From Trichoplax adhaerens (taxonomy: Eukaryota > Animalia > Placozoa): a stretch of 64,000 nucleotides of DNA. Where the stretch lies: the NCBI RefSeq assembly GCF_000150275.1, contig NW_002060952.1:456482-520481 (forward strand), in the 5' to 3' direction. Within the stretch, counting starts at the first letter, position 1, and every line of letters begins with the position of its first letter. The translations under genes and the position numbers were made by a program. This document shows positions 27,101-40,200 of the stretch, in pieces. Below the pieces are notes generated by a model, which saw nothing but the letters and a program-made list of their open reading frames with translations, did no database searches and had not been told where the DNA came from.

Positions 27101-30100
27101 AATGATATATAGGTTATTGTATAGTACAATATTGTTGCTCATCTTCACTAAAGGGTGGATAAAAGTGAGTAAAGACCGACAATATCTATCGCTATTCGCA
27201 AGAAGAAGCATTGTCCTCCATTCATCAATGCTGTCAATATTCCCTTCTTAAATCAATACAAATTTTCTTCAAAGGTGATATAAATTGTGGTTGAAATAAC
27301 GTGAGCAATATCAATAATATCCATGACAGCTCCACATCAACATTATAAACTATGCTATAATAATAATAATCAATAACAGAGGCAAAGTATATACAGAGGA
27401 GCAAGCAGAAGGGTAAAAAAAAATGGTTCTTTTATGGCATTGACCTAGGTTAAATCAGGTTGTCTACAAGCTATTTTCTCGTTCGGATCGTATAGTGTTG
27501 CCTATACTGTTTTGCCACGAATAGAGCATTATACTATCATTTCGTATGAGACAACCGTTGCTACCTGAAAATATTGCTCAAGGCTTTTTTCTTCTTCTAT
27601 TGTGGTGTAACGCTACTCTACTGTATCGTGTATGACTGTAATAATTATAGAATCGTATGGCAGGATAATCTCGCCCCTTGCAACTTGGCATCGATCTCAT
27701 CGGGCCCCGATGAATGGGGCTGGACATGATCGCCAACTCGAGTTATGATTGGCTAGAGATTTATTTCACCTAGTTACGTCATGGAAAAAAAAATAATTCA
27801 TCGGCGGCATCGATTGCATAATGATTTTTCCCTCCTGGTTTAGTAGGTTAAAAGTTTCATTTCAGCTAGGTTTTATGGGACGTCTTTGGTTATAAGTCAA
27901 GGTACACTAAATTAGCATATCATTTTATCAGTCATCCTATCTAGATTATATATATACTGTACTGTCGATAAAAAAGAGTACTGCTCGATATAGTTGTACT
28001 GTTGAAGGGACTTTTACATTTCGCCTTGATCAAGAAAAAAATTGCCGGCAAAGATGTTAATGTGGCTCATTTATCAGCATTTCCTGGATAAGGTGAGTAC
28101 AGTAGCGAGGATAAATGTAAAATATTTCCTGATATTCCACACCATGGAGGAATGGGGAAAAAGCGAACAAAGCTTTCCCAGTTTTATACACTTATAACTC
28201 GGTTTACATATCGGTATATCTCCCTTCGTCAACAAGGTGAATTCATTCATCGTTTTCAACATTTTTATACATTTTTTTCTTTTATCGCCCTTAAAATGAA
28301 CTTTTGGGTGTACTGTCATGTCAAGCGAAATAACGTTTTGGTCTTGTACGTAGAGCAAGACTCTGTATCAACTCGTCCATCGTAATAGCAATGATGATAG
28401 TTTATAGGAGACGATGGAAAGTATTCGCAAATCTGTCAATCTCTTATTGCAATCATCATCCGAGCATAAATGGACGGATAAATGTTGACCGGCATGATCT
28501 ACGAATTTAAAATTCTTGCTTGTCGATGCTGAAATTTGTCGACAATCAAGAAGTGAAGTGTTGACGCCATGTTGTTCTAACTGATGCATAGTCGTCAATC
28601 AGTTTTAACATCTTACCTTTCGTACGTAGTATAGATCATTTCCGATAGCAAGGCATTTGCAAATGAGTTATGTACTTTTAAAATGCGGCAATTTATTCAG
28701 GTCATTGTCAACGATCGCTGCTTACACACTATTCAAAATTCCAAATTCATATAATCGACTGTTAATTATGCCCGTTCATCGTATGGCTTCAAATAATAGC
28801 AATGTAGATGTACTCTTTTGAGGTTTGAATTGGTTTAAATATTCTATATCACTTCATGGTAGTACAATTGATATAGACTACTCGAGAAAATATTCTTTAT
28901 TGAATCTACAATGAACAAAGCTGATGATCGTGGGTAGACTAGACATGCTCGAGTAGCTTTACTGTTGATTACGAAATTAATTTCATACCACCGCTTGCGT
29001 TCGCTAAAGCGTTGACAGTAGGATACACTCACTAAATATGAATTCCATAAATAATCAACATTTCTTCATAAATGCAAGGCTAAATCACTAAGGATGCTTT
29101 CCGCGCTCAACATTCCTTACAGTACAGGATTTCATACGTCGTGTATTGTATCAACCATGTGCAGTACTGTATTCAAGATTTGATGATAAATTATACAAAA
29201 TAGCACGTTTGTTTATTTAATTAACTACCGAAATGGTGATCGTGATGCACAGCGTACAAGTTTACATACTCAGTCTACTATATCATTTTGAGGGAGATTT
29301 TGCCAACGGCGTTAAATTGGTCAGGCTTGCATTGATACATTCTTCTTAGTCGACGTTTTGCGAGGACTTCAAGCGAATTTTCCCTTATTTCCGAGTTTCC
29401 ACCGTTTGCTGTACACTAAAACCCGCTCATTGCTATCCATTTTTGGTTCTTTTGGAGGGATAAAGCAAATGAATTTAGCATGCTTTTAAGATAACTACCT
29501 TGTTTTTGTTTTTATTTAATCTAGTAAAAGCATTTTTTTAAGTGATAATAATTAAGAATAGACCTTGAGTATATTAATGCTGTATTCTAATTTGAATTCA
29601 TTATCAGTAATTTTTCAATTGACTTTGTGCATTATCGCACACAGTCCTCTACGTCAACTTGAATTCATTTCGGTTCAAAATTGCTACTGAGTTGATGCTC
29701 ATTGCACCATCACTTTGTGTAATCAGCCATTTTGGAGTCAAATAGGGATAGGATTACATCACCTTTGCGCTTTGACCATTAACCGTTGCCTCTTTGACTT
29801 TGGACTCGATACTAAATGTACCATTTAGACAGTTGATATGATATGAATATAGCGCTTAACAAGCAAACAAGCCACTACCCTCCTTTCATTGATCGCCACC
29901 ATCATGGACCTTGGTCCCGAATCATTTTCTTTTTTTCCCTTTACAAGGTCACTATGAATCATCCAGTGCTGAACTTTTACAATACTTTGTACTGTGCTTT
30001 GCACACTAGTGGACTGTACAGTGTAGTACTGTAGTATTGGTCTAGCTGGTAGACTCAAGTCACTGCGCATGGACGTGTTTTGATGAGGTGTTTTTCTGCT

Positions 30101-30324
30101 TGGCGGGTTGGAGGTGTTGAATGGAAAATGCTTTAGGCTGATATGCTGCAGCTGATTGCTGGCATGAGCTACTATGATACTAGAGAAGACTTTCGGTAGT
30201 CTACTGTATGTCGCAAGCATTTTCCATTGGAATTGATTTCAGAAAGGAGGAAAATGAATCAATATACGGTAATAATGCACGATGGCTCAATGCACATACA
30301 CCCAGGAAACCTGGGCCCCTACTT

Positions 30325-30540
30325 CGTATACTGCACAGTACAGTACTGTAAAGTTGATTTCTACTGTACAGTACACTGCACGGTATAGTAAAGTTCATTT
30401 CTAATGTACTGTAGAGTAAAGACTGTAAAGTTCATTTCTACTCTACAGTACACTGCACAGTACTGTACAGTACAGTATAGTACTGTAAAGTTCATTTCTA
30501 CTGTACAGTACAGTACACTGTAGAGTACAGTACGTACACT
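30325..30540. repeat. CAGTA-rich tandem repeat (about 4 copies of core aaagttcatttcta) in the putative promoter of SLC38A9 paralog 2
   Basis: Core at about 30350, 30390, 30427 and 30487, separated by variable numbers of tacag/ctgta pentamers. Confidence 0.8.
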
Positions 30541-30749
30541 GGATGATCTGTCGTGTTTGGTACACATGGTCGTGTGCACGCCATGCATGTAGCGCATGTG
30601 GGTTCACTCAACGTTCGGGTCAGCTTTCGCAAAGGTCAACCCACTGGCTTATTAACCGTGACACCATACCAGACCCTATCCCTCAATCACTGTTCAATAC
30701 ACAAGATAGCCAGCCATTGGTTATTGCTATAGTAACCACAGTTCATCTC

Positions 30750-31250
30750 AGTACCAAGATTGCAAGATGGTGCTACTACAGCTGTCTACAGCTGCAAAAA
30801 TAATGCTGTAAAACTAAATAAATACTTGTAATTCTACTACGCAAACTGATTTCAATTCTATCTGAAGACTCGGCAAAATCACGGGTATCGATTGTTCCCA
30901 ACGATAATAACATTGCAACATGCCGCTACTACAGCTGTCTGGAGTTGCAAAAATAGCCAAGGAAAGCTAAACAAAAAACCTAGACGCTAACCCTTTCCAA
31001 CTATATCATAATACTAAGATTACAACATGACGCTACTACAGCTGTCTATAGATGCAAAAATAGTGAAGTAAAGCTCAACCAATACTTGTATGCTAACCCT
31101 TTCCAACTGTATCAGAAGACTTGTCAAAATCCTAGGTGTTGATGAGTTCCAATAATACTAAGATTGCAACAATAATGCACTACGAGAAAACAAACTACCT
31201 GCCATTCCACAACACTAGTCCTTTCTAATGGTATCATAAGACTCGCCAAA
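30750..31250. repeat. Diverged ~105-155-bp tandem repeat, 3-4 copies
   Basis: Recurring att(g/a)caa(g/c)atg..gctactacagctgtct at about 30759, 30912 and 31019 (partial at 31163). gctaaccctttccaact occurs at about 30986 and 31092. Confidence 0.75.
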
Positions 31251-31782
31251 TTACGGCCTAGAATCATACGATACGATATTACTTTATTAGTTTATATCCA
31301 CAATCACTTCCATTATACAGTATAGTCGGATAAATCCATTGAAATGATGTTGAATAAATGGATAGCCTAATGCAATAACAGTGAGCGATTCCGGTAGACA
31401 ATTAATAAATTAATTGCGTTCAATTCAACAAAGTTCATCCACAACTACGAGGCGCTACTGCAATTTCAACCCTAACCCTAACCATGTGTATCAATGAAAG
31501 TCCATTTCTGTTGAAGGTCGAAGTTAACCTCGGTTACCTCGTAAAGCAGCATGGAAGCATGTTTAATAAACAACACTAGATAGCGCATACTGTACTAGTC
31601 ATGTACGCTGCTATTACACGATGAATACTTCAATTATCTCGTACTATATATCAATAAAGTTCTTAATAGAATGGAAGAACCAGCATATTTGTTATGATAC
31701 TAGAATTTGTTGCTGTTACTATAGCGCCAATATCTGATGTTGTCATGTATTTAACTATTATTTATATTAATAGCAAGATGAA

Positions 31783-34700
31783 ATGCAGGAAGACTTTGTA
31801 CCAACAAATTTGTTTATGTTGGTGAAACGTAAAGGAAAGCAAAGCAGTGCGGTGACAGTGTAAGTATGGACTAGCTAGTAATAATTACTGAATTATACGT
31901 TAATCATTTAGAGTTATTTTATACGCTTACCAATCTAATCATTTCCGTTATTTGTTTGCTTTTTCAAACAGTTTCTCATTATGGAATACTATGATGGGCA
32001 CGTCCCTTTTAGCTTTAGCTTGGGGTATAAGTCAGGTAAAATACTCTAAACATTCTCAGAAATCTGAGTTAAATCTGAAAGGAATGCATTTATAACCTCA
32101 ATTAGTAATTCCAATGTAATTTTGCAATATATTTGAATATAGTAATTTATGATTTACTGAATATCTATGGGATACTTTATAAGATGTTATTTTGGTTCAT
32201 TTTAGGCTGGTTTTGGGCTTGGTATTGCTTTAACCGTTTTTATGGCCATCCTATCATACTATACGTGTTCTCTTATACTCCAGGACGCAATATACTTAGG
32301 TACAGTATAGAGCTTCTATTTGCTCAAACAGTGTACAATATAATCGCATTTTGATAACCAGATATTGCTTTTATCAGAATTTATGCAATGATGAAATGAA
32401 GTCTTTTTTAATCTTTTAATATTAGAGCAAGAAAATAATATGAAAGAGTTAACTGCAATTGCCCGTGAATTAGAAGCCGGTATAAAACCAAAACGTAAGA
32501 TATAAAATTAGTAATTTTTTTATTCTATCGATTTTAGTGTACTAGTTGTTAATCTAGACTTAGTAAATTACAAGATATGCGTTTGAGTTCATACAGATAT
32601 ATTCTATTTTATGTATTAACTCATTGCGCTTGTATACCTATTAGGCCGCAAGAAGCAAAGTATAGAATTTATCGATATTTGCCATCAGCTATTAGGCCGA
32701 TGGGGCCAATTTACCGCTGCTTTCTTTTCTATTATTGTCCTTATTGGTGCATCTGTCGTATATTGGATATTCATGAGTAATTTCCTCTTTAATTTTGTCC
32801 ACTATATTTACAGTAAGTAATCTATCATTCTTATTCTGTATTTTTTTTTACTGGAATAAACAGCGAAGTAATCTCGCTCTTTCTAGTAACATATACCTAG
32901 TATACAGTATACCAAGATATATGTAATGATAAATACAACATTACCTAAATAAACTAATCCAGAAACTCTGCGTTGATAGCTGTAAAATTCTCTAATTCTG
33001 TTATTATAGTTGTTTATGTAATAGCAAATACTGAATAGATCTCTATCTGACGATTTCCTTTAAATTATATATTTATTTAGACGCCGCGTCGAAAATCGAA
33101 ATACCCGTCAATGCTAGTAGTAAGTTTCATAGATAGTAAATATGAAACATTTTATTTACTATTTAATCGCTATTCGAGGACATTTTAGAGACTTAACATG
33201 GAAAATAATTTCTTAACGAACTACAGTGAATTTTCTTATAGTTACGCGATATTATACACTAGGATAAGTGCTACTATTGTCTTTATAGCATCATTGATCG
33301 ATAAATAGGTAGACTATTGACGAAACCGTAGATTTGTAGTTGCTACACTGACGATTATGACCTATTTGTAGTTACGGTTGGTACGTTTTGTCCTGCATCT
33401 TTTGGCATGGACGATATGAACTATAGCAATTTCTCTGCCGAGAACACTTTATATTATCAACTATGGGATAGAACGAGAACAGTTCCGCTCTTTTTAGGGC
33501 TAATCCTATTTCCTCTATGCTGTATGAAGTCACCAACATTTTTTACCAAATTTACTTCTTTAGGTAAAATTAATAACTTTAGCATCTAATGATTGTAAAT
33601 TCTTGCATTATCTGGCGCCATTATTTTGCATTGTTCAACATATTCCATTTAATCAATTTAATTACTACAATTTGGAAAAAATACTCATAAATTGACACTA
33701 CATTCATGCTACTAAAAGTTATCATAATTTCTTCTTATTTCATAGGCACCGTTTCATGCCTCTACTTAATATTCTTTGTTTGTATTAAAGCCTACTTCCT
33801 CGGCTTTAATACGAATTTCCAAGATGAAAGTTCAATCCATTATGCTCCACGTTAGTTTATTAAACCATTTTGTTATTCATCTCGTACTAATGGATTGATA
33901 GATCTTTAATTGTTAAATTGCTTCTGCTTTACTTCTAACTAATTACTCTTGCAATTACTTCATCTCTAAATTTATTTAAATAGAAATCAACATTGATTTT
34001 CCTTCGCTAACGGGAATGTTAAACCTAGCCTTTTTCTTGCACAATATCCTTTTAACAATTCTAAGAAATCAAGAAAAACCGGAAAATAATGTAAGGCGTA
34101 AATATTTTCTTCTCCTTAATTATTTTATATTTGTTAATTCAATACCTTGAAGATCCACTCATATCAAAAATTATTTTGTATCGTTTTAATAAACTAGATG
34201 CGCGATCTTGGATTTGCTTACGTAGCTGCTTTATGCACGTACTTAATAATGGGAGTAACGTTCTATTTAACCTTTCCGTACGCTAAATCTTGCATAACTG
34301 CGGTAAGAAACTGAGAACTTTCGAATTGTCTTTGTATCATAGTTATAAATTTCATTCTAGATGCCTCTAATTGTATATTTATAAATGATAAAGTTGATAA
34401 ATACTACTTTATTACAAGATATTAGAATAAGACTTTGAACAATTTTACTCTTGCAGATCTTCTTGGATAATTTTATCTCAAATGATTCGACAGCCTTTAT
34501 TGCACGTGCGGCTTTGCTTTTTCAAATTATGGTTGTTTTTCCGTTGATTGCGTATCTTTTGCGGTCTCAAGTTTACTATCTTGTTTACAAGAGCGCTCAT
34601 CCTAGGTATATCTCAGGAATTTTACTCTTTATATTGCATAAAATAACACCAATCTGCTTATTGATTACAGTAAAAGTTATCTGCATCTCCATTATTACGC

Positions 34701-35137
34701 TATTTCGTATTAGTAACCTACAGTATAATCCTTTCCATTTTACCTGACTAGCTACAAGCACATATTGATCTTCAATGTATTCTTAATTGGATTATGCATT
34801 CTTGTCGCTATCTTCTATCCAAATGTTGGTGTCATTATTAGGTAAGAAATTCAGCAATTTAATCTTAAATGAACGGATATTAAAGCAATTGCTGAAGATT
34901 TTTCTCAATAATTTGTGAACAAATAGTCAATTTTTATCTAATGGATATCATTCTATATTGTTAATTTCTAGATTTGTCGGTGCTATATGTGGTATGGTCT
35001 ATGTCTTTACATTACCGTGTTTATGCCATATGATAAGATTGAAAAGGCAGAAAAAATTAACTTGGATTTCGGCTCTATTTCATAGCTTTATCATTGTTCT
35101 TGGTTCAGCCAATCTAATAGCACAATTCTTAATTTAA
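31783..35137 (+). CDS. SLC38A9: SLC38A9-family amino-acid transporter, paralog 2 (5' end uncertain)
   Basis: In-frame exons encode KQSSAVTVFSLWNTMMGTSLL, IEFIDICHQLLGRWG, VYWIFMSNFLFN, WDRTRTVPLFL, KSPTFFTKFTSLG, AFFLHNI..RNQEKPENN-MRDL, IFLDNF, FYPNVGVIIRFVGAICG and ANLIAQFLI* (TAA 35135-35137). Intron positions largely match paralog 1. Confidence 0.93.
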
Positions 35138-37202
35138 TGGCATGAATTTATTATTCACAATCACGACTATAAACAGTATCTGTTTTTTCAAGTGTTAATA
35201 TCCGTACGTACATCTTCTAATCTACACATATTAAAAAATGTCGTTAGCATGATATGCTTCACTTCTAATCGATTAATTATTGGTTTTTATTATGTATCTG
35301 AACAAGAATGGTAATGGTATAACTAGAACATTTGTTTTCTAGTTTATCCCATTCATGCAATGCGTTACAAGATTTTAATTTAACTTCTCATCCACAATGT
35401 AGCTCCTCCTTAATGGTGAATATTTTAACGCTCGAAATTCCTATAAAATCTGAGGCATATCTTGTGATTATTGTAATTATTTCTGTTTATAATACTTATA
35501 TATGCTAAGTACATATTCTTAATCCTCTTATAATGTTTATTATCATTCTATCTGAGTCGATTTAGTCGTTACTTGTAAAATTCATAAAATCAACAAGAAA
35601 AATTGTTTCTTATTCTAATCTGTAACATTAACTCAAATTGATAATTTCAATTTAGTGCACTACAAGGATTACAGATCAGTAGTGACGATGATTACTGCCT
35701 GTAACATACACTTATCTCGCTATCTGGAGTGCAGCTGTATGTTTATTGTTATTTATGCTTTTATTTTGATATTCCTATACAAAGTAAGGGGAATTGGTAA
35801 GGAAAATTCATATACACTCTTGATAATATATTTCATGGCATTATATTGTTTTATACTACTGTCACCACTATTGATCATATTAATACAAAAGTTAAAATCA
35901 TACGTTTTATTACCTAGATATAAAATATTGTACTCAACATATCGGTCGGAGGAGTTATACCAAAATTTCGATAAAATAGAAGATAAAATAAAGATTACAT
36001 ACTTCTATATAATGCGTTGATAAAATTAATTTGTGCTTGATGACGAATGGAATGGAGTTGCAATATCTGAAGCATGGTAGTTGTATGTTAGGTAAATATT
36101 TAGATTAGTGATTTTAGTTATTTTGGGCTACTACAGAACGAGGAGAAGAAAATATTTAACACTATTCAATTTCTCTACGTCCTACAATTACCATTATCTG
36201 CATTAGAAGGGACTGCAATAGATAGAAAATTTCGTATCAATTTGTCGCATTTAACAGTGGCATTCTTAACTTAATATTTTGGGATTTAATCAGCTGCCAA
36301 AAGTGTGCGTCTATAAGGAGGATGTTGATTGTAATTTGCTGCTATTTACATTATAAATTATAGGACAGATTCTTGAGAAGTGATACGAATAACTGCTATT
36401 TTTGGTGTAACAGTTTTAAACGATAAATAATTATAATAATTAACTAATTATAGTCTAAGAGGCAGTACAATCGATTTTAAGCCTTACTTTGGAGGTTTGT
36501 CTAATAAGTAAGCAAATTAGATAATTTATTGAGGTACAAAATCGATAGTGAGGGTGTGCTACAAGAACGACTTAATTAAGAGTCATTTATATAGTAATAC
36601 CATGTATAAAATAGTACGGTAAACTTTACTATCGATTTTGCACATCAGTGACATATAATCATATTTATTATAATTAATTAATATAATACTTAGTCAGTTG
36701 ACGTGTAGGTTGAGTTCGGATATCGTTGGCAAGAAACAATATAATTAAACCTTGAAGAAAATATTTCACAAATATTCTTTATTTATTATACAATTATCTT
36801 TCATTCTTGAACTTATATTTTAGTATCGTCGAGAAGTATTTACATGATACATGTTGTAAAAATAAGCTGCTACCTTTGAGCTCTCTATCTTGTTTACATT
36901 ATTTATGAGAATATTACGCAATAGCTTTCTATGTAGATTTGCTGATATCATAGCTAATGACGACAGCACTTTCAACATGACGGCAATAGATAAATGAAGT
37001 AAAAATAGGATGAGCAAGTATTTGCATGTACTAATTAAAAAGAAATGATAACTTTCAATGATTTTTTGTCGGCATGAACTGTAATTCGAATATAAAAAAT
37101 TAACTGAAAATATGCAATAATAATCATTGATTTTGCCATTTATCTTGAGGCATCGAGGCGTGAAGCATATCGAAAAAATTTCAAATTCTTAGCTGGTCTT
37201 CC

Positions 37203-40200
37203 TTATTTTTTCTTTCCTTTCTTGTTGCTAATTTTCTGTATGAGTTTCTTACCAGAAAATTTCCCAGATAATGGACTCTTTTTCTTTTTACGATTATTTC
37301 CATTATCAATAAATTCTTGATCATCTTCAGACTGGCTGTCTTGTGATGGCATTCGGTAACGACTCTCTTTAGCAGGTTGTCCACCTTCGTCATCCTGATT
37401 CCAAATACAACACATAAAGAATGAATTGGAAAACGTCATATACGCAATCACATACGTACCAAGGTACAAACGGGTAGAACTATTAACAGTTGTTTTACTA
37501 TGAGAAAAGATACTTAAATACGTCAATTTTGGTACTATGATTTAATCATTACGATAAGATCAATGCAAACATGTCGTTCATGTCGTAAAGAACTTACTTT
37601 AGCTGGATATTCTGATTTATCGTTTTCTTTTCCTTCATCAGCGGAATTTTCGATTAATTTAACAAAATTAGATGGAACTAAGCCGCGTTTATCATTTAAT
37701 TCGCCCTATAAGTAAGAGTAAACAATACATCTTACTAACCTCTCATAATGATTATAAATATGTTATGGAAATAAATTACACAGAAGGACTCTTTCGGCTA
37801 AGTGTAATCAGAGTATAACAATTTTTGAGATAAAAATGTCAATGCTATATCTTTCTTAAAAGAAGATAGCTATTAATTTACCATAAAATAGCCATCTTCG
37901 TCCATATTTCCTAGGATACGAATAGTATCGCCAGCATGGAATGTAAGTTCCATCTAAAATCAAGAAAATTGCAGATTTTTTGAGTTACGCGTAGTTATTA
38001 CCTAACTAAACAGTATTAAGATTTTTAAATGAAAATTATAAAAAATTAATTCATTTATAAATTATTATTCAATGATTTAGCATTCGTATCCGGAAATTGA
38101 TGTAAAATTTAATATTTTTACCTCGGAGTCCGCATTCGGTGACGAAACATACGGATCGTAATCATATAAAGCAACAGCGTAAGATTTTACTTCCTGCGTC
38201 CTCGCTGATGTAAACGAAACATTATCTTCATCGAATGATGATGATGAAGAATCATCGCTGGCGCTTTGATCGTTACCAGCACCCGCTGCTTGTTCTTCAT
38301 TTAATTGCACATCATTCGTCATCGTAACTGATATATTCGAAAGATAGTGAAATAAGTGTAATCCGTTACATTGCCAAACATTACTATATATTGCTACTCA
38401 CTTATATTAAACATGTAACACGCCCGTAACATATGCACGGAAACATGGTGTTTAAATAACGATCATGAAATATAAACTAATAGAAACACTCACATTCCAC
38501 ATCAACGGTTGGTATATCGCTATCTGCAATAAATTCTTGATCTTTGTCTTTAGACAAAGATTGACTCGGGTCAGGGTCTGTATTTTCTGTTCCGGTTACT
38601 TGTGTTTCAGGATACTGTATTTCGCACACCATGTTGCAAGGTACATAGCCAGTGCGATTGTTTAGTTCACCTTTATAAAAGCCATCGCCGTCTTTATCAC
38701 CATAAATCTATAAAGCAAACGAAAAAGCATGAAGTAATAATTTAAAGAGAATATTTAATAAATTGACAAACAGGGCGATACAGTGTGAGATTACACTACA
38801 TACGGGTATAGCACCATGTATAAAACGCATTCTTTGTTTATACTTTAATACCTTAATAATATCGCCTTGTTTAAACGGCAGTTCTTCCTCAGCAACATCT
38901 AAAGGATTAGGTGACATGACTTCAGGGTCGTAGTTATACAGTGCGACGAAAAGGCGGACTTTATTTTTAGCTTGGGCTTCTTCCATACTTTCTGATTCAT
39001 CTTCATTGCCCTCAGGTATATCTATCAGTGCTGTTGGTGTAAAAGGTTGTGTAGTTTCTTCAAAGTTGTCAAATTGCTCGTCGTCAAACGCAAACTCTGA
39101 TTCATCCGTTAAAGACACATCATTATCTTTTACATTTAAGTTTTCAAGAGTCTTACTAATAGAATCTTCACTATTTGTAGCACTTAAGGGTTTATGTTTG
39201 GCAATATGAACTGATTTAGAAGACACATTGGTGTCATGTATTTTATTGTTACTTAGACTTTCGGCATCAGTAGGTGTAACAATAGTTTTCTTCTGATCAT
39301 TGTTTTTATTTGCATCTTTCTGAAGATCATTTCTAATTACTGCTACAGCTTCAGTTGTGGAAGGCACTTTTGAAGTTGTTTTATTATCGTCGATCTGGCG
39401 TACATTGGTTTTCTCTGTATCAATTTGTTGTGAGGTCACTTCTTGATAATTTCTCGTAGAAGCGTTGACCAATTTCGATTGGATATCAGTATCTATAGAT
39501 TTGTTATATTCAATGAGGTTCCGCTTACTTTGCTGATCCTTCTGAGTAGAAAGATTTGATTGTGCCACTTTAACCTCATTGGTTTCATTTTCACTATTAT
39601 TATTACTACTATCGCTACTACTACTACTACTACTGCTAGTGCTATTTCTATTGATACTATTTTTCAGATAAGTGACTACATTTTTTGCTTTGATCTTAGA
39701 ATCATCACTCTTTGTATCAGAGATAACAGTTTTAGCTACTACCGGAGAACTGTCTTCACTATTGACGCGAATAGAGTTAATAGCGATCGTATCTTCGATA
39801 TCATTACTTTGAAATTTTTTACTATCGCTGTTGATATCTTTTGCTTTGCTTTTAGTATTGTCTAAATGAGGTTTTCTAGCGCTAGAAAATGCACTCTTCT
39901 TGCTATTACCATCCAGCTTATCAACTTTAATTTTCGGAATCTTTTCTTCTAAACCTTCGGCACCTAACTCTTTTACCTTACTAGTAGACGACGCTTTTCG
40001 AGTATGCCTTGGTTTAGGTTCATCACTGTCACTGTCTGAGCTTGATAAGTAAAGCTCGCTTGGTTTATGTTTAGTTAAATGTTTATCCTTTTTAGGTCTA
40101 GTAGTTTTAAGAGAATTTGTAGGTGTAGATATTGGTGAAGATGTAACTCCGTCAGAATTTTTGTCTAGTTTCTTTATTTTGCCTAATACCAACTCCATAG

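Noticed and set aside
28368-28598. ORF containing CSDDDCN, resembling the end of a Ly6/three-finger domain
   Set aside because: It lacks the remaining cysteine pattern and a signal peptide.
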